This document shows, piece after piece, positions 58,280-64,000 of a stretch of DNA of 64,000 bases (position 1 is the stretch's first letter; each line of letters starts with the position of its first letter). Position numbers and translations under genes: made by a program. Source of the DNA: Dehalococcoidia bacterium (GTDB lineage Bacteria; Chloroflexota; Dehalococcoidia; UBA2979); contig JAKUNM010000002.1 in NCBI GenBank assembly GCA_022451865.1, positions 24,748 to 88,747 on the forward strand, given 5' to 3'. The notes beneath the pieces were generated by a model, which worked only from the letters and a program-made list of their open reading frames with translations, searched no databases and was not told the DNA's origin.

Positions 58280-59194
58280 TTAATTCTCATTATCACGTTG
58301 TTGACGTAGGAATTCTTCTAATTCATCTACCATGGTTTCTGCATCAGGTAGTTCTTCGTAACTAGTATTAGAATCTTTAAAAAACTCTTCATTTTTCTGA
58401 GTTTCTTCTTCTATTTGTCGTGCATAATCAGCTGCTTCAGGGTTTTGTTCTAGATCTTTAGCAACTTGTGCTTCAAATCGCGCAGAAAAAACTTCTAAAT
58501 CATGCAATGATAAGTCTAAAGTAAGTGAGTCATTTAGATGTCGTAAAAGAGCTAATGCCCCTTTAGGGTTAGGTGTTCGTTGGATATAGAACGGGATATT
58601 TGCCCATAAAGATGCCGTTTCAATTCCATGTTCATGTAAACTTTGGTTCAAGACACTAAGTATGCCTGTCGGACCTTGATATCCAGGTAAGCGGGGGTAT
58701 TCAAAACCTAATAATTTCGAAAGATCTAAATTGGTTGCAGAGCCTCCTACTTGGATATCATTATTGTGGCTAACCTCAGCAAGCAGACCGCCTAATGTGA
58801 TAAAGTTTGCAACATTATATGCTTTACATAATTCTGCAATATTTCGAACAAACTGTTTCCAATTAATGTGAGGTTCGACACCACTTATTAGGATGAAATC
58901 TTTTGATTCAATAGATGTTTTATGAAAAGAAAATTTATTTGATGGCCATTCAATTAGTCTTTCGCCATTTTCAATTTTTACGTGTGGTCTTGTTTGTGTA
59001 AAATCGTAGTATTCTTCTGGGTCCAATTCTGCAAACAATTCTGCCTTCCACCTTCTTGATAAAAAACGCAGTGCACTGGTGGCTGCTTCACCAGCATCAC
59101 TCCATCCAGAAAATGCAGCGATTACAGTTGGTTGAATTAGTTCAGGTTCTGAAAGTATTTCAATATTTGGCATATCATCTTTGTTTAACTTCAT
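58280..59194 (-). CDS. PAC2 family protein, copy 2
   Basis: SGWSDAGEAATSA...DFILISGVEPHINW...YQGPTGILSVLN...ASLWANIPFY is colinear with copy 1 at 28589-29485. Confidence 0.7.
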   Translation of the reverse strand: MKLNKDDMPNIEILSEPELIQPTVIAAFSGWSDAGEAATSALRFLSRRWKAELFAELDPEEYYDFTQTRPHVKIENGERLIEWPSNKFSFHKTSIESKDFILISGVEPHINWKQFVRNIAELCKAYNVANFITLGGLLAEVSHNNDIQVGGSATNLDLSKLLGFEYPRLPGYQGPTGILSVLNQSLHEHGIETASLWANIPFYIQRTPNPKGALALLRHLNDSLTLDLSLHDLEVFSARFEAQVAKDLEQNPEAADYARQIEEETQKNEEFFKDSNTSYEELPDAETMVDELEEFLRQQRDNEN

Positions 59195-59265
59195 GATGTT
59201 GGTAAATTTCTTTTCTAGATCTTGCTATATTGATATTACTGCATCTACTAATTGGAGGGGAAGAA

Positions 59266-60756
59266 ATGTCTTTGAATCTTGGTACAATTCTGCAAGCATC
59301 AGCTGCAGATTTTCCAGAAAAAGCTGCACTTATTATTGATGATGAAGAAATGACTTACGCTGAACTTCACCAACAATCTTTAAGGTTAGCTCACGCATTG
59401 AGAAGCCGTGGCTTAGAACCAGGTGATCATGTTGCAGTGATGTTGCCTAATGGTATTCAATTCCCATTATCATATTTCGGGATTCTTTATGCAGGTATGT
59501 CTGTAGTACCTTTCAATATTTTACTGACTAGTGATGAAGTGCAATATCATATAGAAGATTCAGAATCTAAATTATTAATAGCACATCCTGATTATGAACA
59601 AGCTGCAATATCTGGTGCTGAAGCCGCAGGTGTTGAAGTAGTTTGGGCAGAAGCATCAAAAAATCTTACAATATTGGATGATGCGCCGAGTGATTATCCC
59701 GATCAAGTGTTCCCTGCAGATGCAGATGATACGGCAGTAATCTTGTACACATCAGGCACTACAGGGCGTCCAAAAGGCGCAGAATTAAGTCATTCCAATC
59801 TTTTTGTTAATGCGGCAAATGCGTGCCCAAAATTGGTACCGATAGATGAGAAAGATGTGGCTCTTGCAACACTACCGCTATTTCATATTTTTGGGCAAAC
59901 AGTCATTATGAATGCGACGATAGCTACCGGGGGAACCGTAGTGCTATTAGCCAGATTTACACCTGAAGCAGTTTTTGAATTGATAGGAAAACATAAGATC
60001 ACATTTTTTGCTGGTGTTCCTACTATGTACTTTGGCTTACTACATCATCCTGGCGGTGAAGCATATGATGTTTCTAGTGTTAAATACGCTATGACTGGTG
60101 GCGCGGCCATGCCTGTAGAAGTGATGAATGAATTTGAAGCACGTTTTCCAGTAAAAATCTTGGAAGGATATGGATTATCGGAAACTTCTCCAGTTGCAAG
60201 CTTTAATGTTGCTCATAAACCTCGTATTGCTGGCTCAATTGGCTATCCAGTATGGGGTGTTGAAATGATAATTTTAGACGAAAAAGGCATTCCTGTTCCT
60301 GATGGTGAAAGAGGAGAAATCTGCATACGTGGACATAATGTTATGAAAGGTTACTGGAACAAACCAGAGGCAACAGCTGAAGCCATTAAAGAAGGTTGGT
60401 TTCATTCAGGTGATATTGGCATTAGAAATCCAGAGGGTTGGTTTAGTATCGTCGATCGCGTGAAAGATATGATTATTCGAGGGGGATATAATGTTTATCC
60501 GCGTGAAATTGAAGAAGTTTTATATGCACACCCTGCTATAAATGAAGCAGCAGTAATAGGTATTCCTGATGAACGATTAGGTGAGGAAGTTCATGCTGTA
60601 GTAGCATTAGGTTCAGGTCATGAGTTAACAGAAGCTGAAATCATTTCTTATACGAAGGAGCATTTAGCTGCGTATAAATATCCACGGACAGTAGAATTTC
60701 TTGAATCTTTACCTAAAGGTCCATCCGGGAAAATATTAAAACGATCGCTGCGATAG
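59266..60756 (+). CDS. Acyl-CoA synthetase (AMP-forming, FadD-like)
   Basis: YTSGTTGRPKG, GYGLSE, and the GDIG/DRVKDMI/GKILKR motifs. The ATG at 59266 is preceded by GGAGGGG; the track start at 59230 is less likely. Confidence 0.85.
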   Translation: MSLNLGTILQASAADFPEKAALIIDDEEMTYAELHQQSLRLAHALRSRGLEPGDHVAVMLPNGIQFPLSYFGILYAGMSVVPFNILLTSDEVQYHIEDSESKLLIAHPDYEQAAISGAEAAGVEVVWAEASKNLTILDDAPSDYPDQVFPADADDTAVILYTSGTTGRPKGAELSHSNLFVNAANACPKLVPIDEKDVALATLPLFHIFGQTVIMNATIATGGTVVLLARFTPEAVFELIGKHKITFFAGVPTMYFGLLHHPGGEAYDVSSVKYAMTGGAAMPVEVMNEFEARFPVKILEGYGLSETSPVASFNVAHKPRIAGSIGYPVWGVEMIILDEKGIPVPDGERGEICIRGHNVMKGYWNKPEATAEAIKEGWFHSGDIGIRNPEGWFSIVDRVKDMIIRGGYNVYPREIEEVLYAHPAINEAAVIGIPDERLGEEVHAVVALGSGHELTEAEIISYTKEHLAAYKYPRTVEFLESLPKGPSGKILKRSLR

Positions 60757-60777
60757 TCACATTGAAAGGAATTTGTT

Positions 60778-61539
60778 ATGCATGATGACGAATCGGTTAT
60801 TCTACAAGAAAAACAAGGTGATATTTTAATACTAACTTTGAATAGACCAGATCGTCATAATGCAATGAATGCTTTGCTCAGTCATCGTTTGGGTGAAGTT
60901 ATAGCTAAGTCACCTCAAGAAGATGTTAAAGTTATTATTATTACCGGTGCTGGGGACAAATCATTTTGTGCCGGTGGGGATATGTTAGAGATGAGTGGTA
61001 AAGAAGAATTTTCTCCTTTACTTCCACCTGCGGCTCTTAGGTTCAATGGTGCGCAAGAGATAGAAAAATCTCCTATTCCTATTATTGCTGCCATTAATGG
61101 CTATTGTTACGGTGGTGGCGCTCGACTAGCTATTCTTTGTGATATACGTTTAGCTAGTAAAAATGCTACTTTTAGGTTGCCGGGGAGTGAGTATGGGTTA
61201 GTTGTTGCCGCAGCAACTCTTCCTCGTTTGGTAGGTGTTTCAAAAGCGAAAGAATGGATATACACTGCTCGTAGATTTGATGCAATTGAAGCTCTTGACG
61301 CAGGTTTATTAAGCGCAGTCCACCCGACAAATATGCTTATGGATGAAGCATTAGAAATGGCAAAAATTATTGCCCAACATTCGCCTGAATCTGTTCAAGA
61401 GTCAAAGCGTGTGATTGATTTAGCTACTCTCCATAAAGAGGCTGTAATCGCAGAACAAGAAGCTAATAGTAGACTTCGTGGTAGCGATTCACAAAAAGAA
61501 AGATTTTTATCTGCCACTCGTAAAGTGACAGGGCGTTAA
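60778..61539 (+). CDS. Enoyl-CoA hydratase/isomerase (crotonase) family protein
   Basis: The pattern LNRPDRHNAM...ITGAGDKSFCAGGD...INGYCYGGGARLAILCD matches the crotonase family. Confidence 0.85.
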   Translation: MHDDESVILQEKQGDILILTLNRPDRHNAMNALLSHRLGEVIAKSPQEDVKVIIITGAGDKSFCAGGDMLEMSGKEEFSPLLPPAALRFNGAQEIEKSPIPIIAAINGYCYGGGARLAILCDIRLASKNATFRLPGSEYGLVVAAATLPRLVGVSKAKEWIYTARRFDAIEALDAGLLSAVHPTNMLMDEALEMAKIIAQHSPESVQESKRVIDLATLHKEAVIAEQEANSRLRGSDSQKERFLSATRKVTGR

Positions 61540-61543
61540 TTAT

Positions 61544-62323
61544 ATGGAAAATATTTATCAAGTTCGTGGAATGACATGTCAAGATTGTGCCGATACGATC
61601 GAGGCAGGTATTACATCCTCTTTGAAAGTAAAATCAGCGACAGTTATTCTGGAAAAATCACAATTAACTATCATTTCTGATTTTTCTTATGATGAGTCTT
61701 CTGTAGATACAGTCTTAGGTAGTTTAGGTAATTATGGAGTTGCATCTTTGGCTGATCATTCGCAGTTTCAAATTCCACTAAATAATATATCTTCTACTAC
61801 TTCAAACCCTAAAGCAGGCTCTTTAGTATCAACTATTATAGAGTATTTCTTTTCCAAAAAACCTATTTTCATAGCTTTGTCCATTGTTATTATCACATCT
61901 TTTTCATTGCAATTACCCTCTGGTAACTTTGACTTAAATAGCTGGATGATGGACTATATGGGAATTTTCTTTGTGCTTTTTTCATTTTTGAAACTTCTAA
62001 ATGTTACAGGTTTTAGCAATACGTTTAAGGAATATGACATTATCGCAAAATACATTCCTTTCTTTGCTATTGGCTATCCGTTTATTGAATTAGGTTTAGG
62101 GCTTGCTTTTTTGTCTGAAACTTTTCTATTTGTCGCAGCATCAGGGACACTACTTTTTATGATTTCACAATCTATCGGAGTAGTAAATTCATTACGTCAT
62201 TCGAAACAAATTCAGTGTGCATGTATGGGTTCAACAGTGAATTTATCTATTTCGTCTCTAACACTTTTTGAAAATCTGGTAATGATTGTGATGTCCATTT
62301 ATATGATTGTATATTTTTTGTAA
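61544..62323 (+). CDS. Heavy-metal-associated (HMA) domain fused to MauE/DoxX-like membrane domain
   Basis: The N-terminal VRGMTCQDCADTIE is a GMTCxxC-type HMA motif. The C-terminal half has 4 TM helices ending in QCACMGS, which is MauE-like. Confidence 0.6.
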   Translation: MENIYQVRGMTCQDCADTIEAGITSSLKVKSATVILEKSQLTIISDFSYDESSVDTVLGSLGNYGVASLADHSQFQIPLNNISSTTSNPKAGSLVSTIIEYFFSKKPIFIALSIVIITSFSLQLPSGNFDLNSWMMDYMGIFFVLFSFLKLLNVTGFSNTFKEYDIIAKYIPFFAIGYPFIELGLGLAFLSETFLFVAASGTLLFMISQSIGVVNSLRHSKQIQCACMGSTVNLSISSLTLFENLVMIVMSIYMIVYFL

Positions 62324-62342
62324 TTTTGAATGGAAAGGTTTT

Positions 62343-63551
62343 ATGCCAGGACCATTACAAGGTATTCGTATATTAGATTTTACCTGGGCAATTGCAGGCC
62401 CTTATGGATCGATGATCCTCACAGATCTTGGTGCAGAAATTTGGAAAATTGAAACAATTTTTCAGAACGAACAACGTAGGGGTGCTGGTCCGTACGTACA
62501 TGATGTGAGTACTTATTTTTTCTCTGTGAACCGTGGTAAGAAAAGCTTAATGATTGATCTTAAGGCTCCCGAGGCCAAAGAGATTATTCATCGTTTAGTT
62601 AGTGAAGTTGACGTTCTAACTGAAAATTTTTCTCCGGGAACGATGGATCGTTTGGGATTTGGTTATGAAGAGTTAAGTAAAATCAATGAACAATTGGTAT
62701 ATGCATCAACTTCCGGCTTTGGTCATACTGGGCCATATCGTGATCGTGGTGCTGTCGATATTATTGTTCAAGGTATGGGTGGGGTAATGTCAACCACTGG
62801 ACACGAGTCAGATCCACTACCATCTCGAGTTGGATATTCTATTGGTGATATGGCCGCAGGAATTTATACATCTATAGGTGTACTCTCTGCTTTGGTTGAG
62901 AGACAAGCTAGTGGTAAAGGGCAACATGTTGATGTTGCGATGCTTGATACACAAGTTGCACTTATAGAAAATTTAGTGATTCGACATTTGGGTACTGGCG
63001 AGATTCAACCGCGTGTTGGATTGCGATCGCCAAACTATACACCGCATCAAGCATTGCCAGCTAGTGATGGGTGGATAGTTCTTGCAGGTGTCAAAGATGA
63101 TAACTGGCAACTATTTTGTGGCATGATCGGTGCTGATGAATTGGCAATCGATGGCCGTTTTCTTACTAATCATTTGCGTACAATTAATTATGATGAATTA
63201 GAACCAATGATGTTTGCTGCAACTCGCAAAAAAACGAAAGCACAGTGGATTGAAGAACTTGGTGATACGTTTGTCGTGGGGCCATTAAATAATATTGCTG
63301 AAGTTGCTAATGACCCTCAAGTAAACCATCGAAATATGATTGTTGAGCTTCCGACATGGACAGGTGGTTCTTTGAAAGTCTCTAATACTCCAGTTAAACA
63401 CTCTCGGACCCTTGGTGGTGCAATTAATGGTGCATCAAAACCCGGCGAACATACGAATGAAATTCTTGAAACTGCTGGGTTTTCTCGTGAAGAAATTAAT
63501 TCCTTAATTGATAGTGGTGTGGTTGCTATATCTCCAAATATTGATGATTAA
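62343..63551 (+). CDS. Family III CoA-transferase (CaiB/BaiF)
   Basis: The N-terminal PLQGIRILDFTWAIAGPY and the GRGAV-D-I segment are present, with the catalytic Asp region in IVQGMGGVMS...GDMAAG. I use the ATG at 62343. Confidence 0.85.
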   Translation: MPGPLQGIRILDFTWAIAGPYGSMILTDLGAEIWKIETIFQNEQRRGAGPYVHDVSTYFFSVNRGKKSLMIDLKAPEAKEIIHRLVSEVDVLTENFSPGTMDRLGFGYEELSKINEQLVYASTSGFGHTGPYRDRGAVDIIVQGMGGVMSTTGHESDPLPSRVGYSIGDMAAGIYTSIGVLSALVERQASGKGQHVDVAMLDTQVALIENLVIRHLGTGEIQPRVGLRSPNYTPHQALPASDGWIVLAGVKDDNWQLFCGMIGADELAIDGRFLTNHLRTINYDELEPMMFAATRKKTKAQWIEELGDTFVVGPLNNIAEVANDPQVNHRNMIVELPTWTGGSLKVSNTPVKHSRTLGGAINGASKPGEHTNEILETAGFSREEINSLIDSGVVAISPNIDD

Positions 63552-64000
63552 TTATTTTTTTCCATATTGGCTGATTTAACCAGATCCATGAAACGACCTA
63601 AAGTATCTAAACGTTCCTTTAAAGTTTTACCAGCTGGATTGACACGAAGATTATTGACACCAGCTTTTTTATAGGCATAGATCCTGTTTTTCACCATTTC
63701 ATCAGTGCCTAAAAAATTTGATCGTGTGACAAAATCATCTGGAATGAGGTGAGCAGCTTCGTCACGTTTCCCAGCAAGCCATAGATCTAATACTGATGCA
63801 GTCAATTCGCTATATCCTTGTCTATTATATGCATTACGGTAATAATTTGTCTGTGGGGAACCCATAGCTCCAATTTCAAAAGCAAAACCAGGTTTTCTTG
63901 CTTGTATCATCGGTTCAATATCATCATTGAATTCAATTACTCCACCTGCACAAAGTGTTATTTCTTTCAGCTCTCTCTTTGATTGTTCTGCACCATTTTT
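63548..64000 (-). CDS. LLM-class flavin/F420-dependent oxidoreductase, C-terminal part; 5' end outside window
   Basis: The frame stays open upstream of the track ATG all the way to the window edge (...TLCAGGVIEFNDDIEPMIQAR...). The C-terminal region NRIYAYKKAGVNNLRVNP is typical of LLM proteins. Confidence 0.65.
   Translation of the reverse strand, partial: KNGAEQSKRELKEITLCAGGVIEFNDDIEPMIQARKPGFAFEIGAMGSPQTNYYRNAYNRQGYSELTASVLDLWLAGKRDEAAHLIPDDFVTRSNFLGTDEMVKNRIYAYKKAGVNNLRVNPAGKTLKERLDTLGRFMDLVKSANMEKNN

Overview
This is an AT-rich chromosomal segment (G+C looks like roughly one third by eye; not computed) that is almost entirely coding. I can support about 60 protein genes, 7 tRNA genes (all with an encoded 3' CCA), one long-form SRP RNA and one PyrR-type leader element. 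RNA coordinates were read by hand and may be off by 1-2 nt. The gene content includes a DUF2298 'YYY' protein next to a TIGR03663-like membrane protein, several LLM/F420-type oxidoreductases, a CaiB-type CoA-transferase, an enoyl-CoA hydratase, an epoxide hydrolase, an amidase, DinB and PAC2 proteins. This suggests a marine Chloroflexota genome (Dehalococcoidia/SAR202-like), which is inference only. Most of the window is ordinary housekeeping: lepA, fabV, rsmA-ispE, an exonuclease-DinG helicase, cca, rnc-smc-ftsY, a nuoEF-like pair, lspA-rluD-gltX-tRNA-Gln, malic enzyme, two cyclophilins, mrp, and a pyrimidine operon (pyrR-pyrB-pyrC-carA-X-carB-HAD-pyrK) with pyrD displaced. I see no transposase, integrase, phage gene, CRISPR array, toxin-antitoxin pair or recognisable named defence system. 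No single 'novel system' can be proven from sequence alone. The best candidates, in order:
1. An uncharacterised cluster translationally chained onto ftsY (YYY protein, GT-C-like protein, flippase-like protein, FAD oxidoreductase), with a nearby polyprenol-phosphate GT2. It is possibly an envelope glycosylation pathway.
2. An unknown 245-aa gene with a half-degenerate 2H-phosphoesterase-like pattern inserted between carA and carB. carB apparently starts at a CTG that overlaps that gene's stop codon.
3. An orphan 449-aa protein with a possible restriction-endonuclease-like C-terminus between fabV and the SRP RNA.
4. Two PAC2 paralogs that share a C-terminal motif.
5. A Cys-rich two-zinc-type small protein plus a small basic membrane protein downstream of cca.
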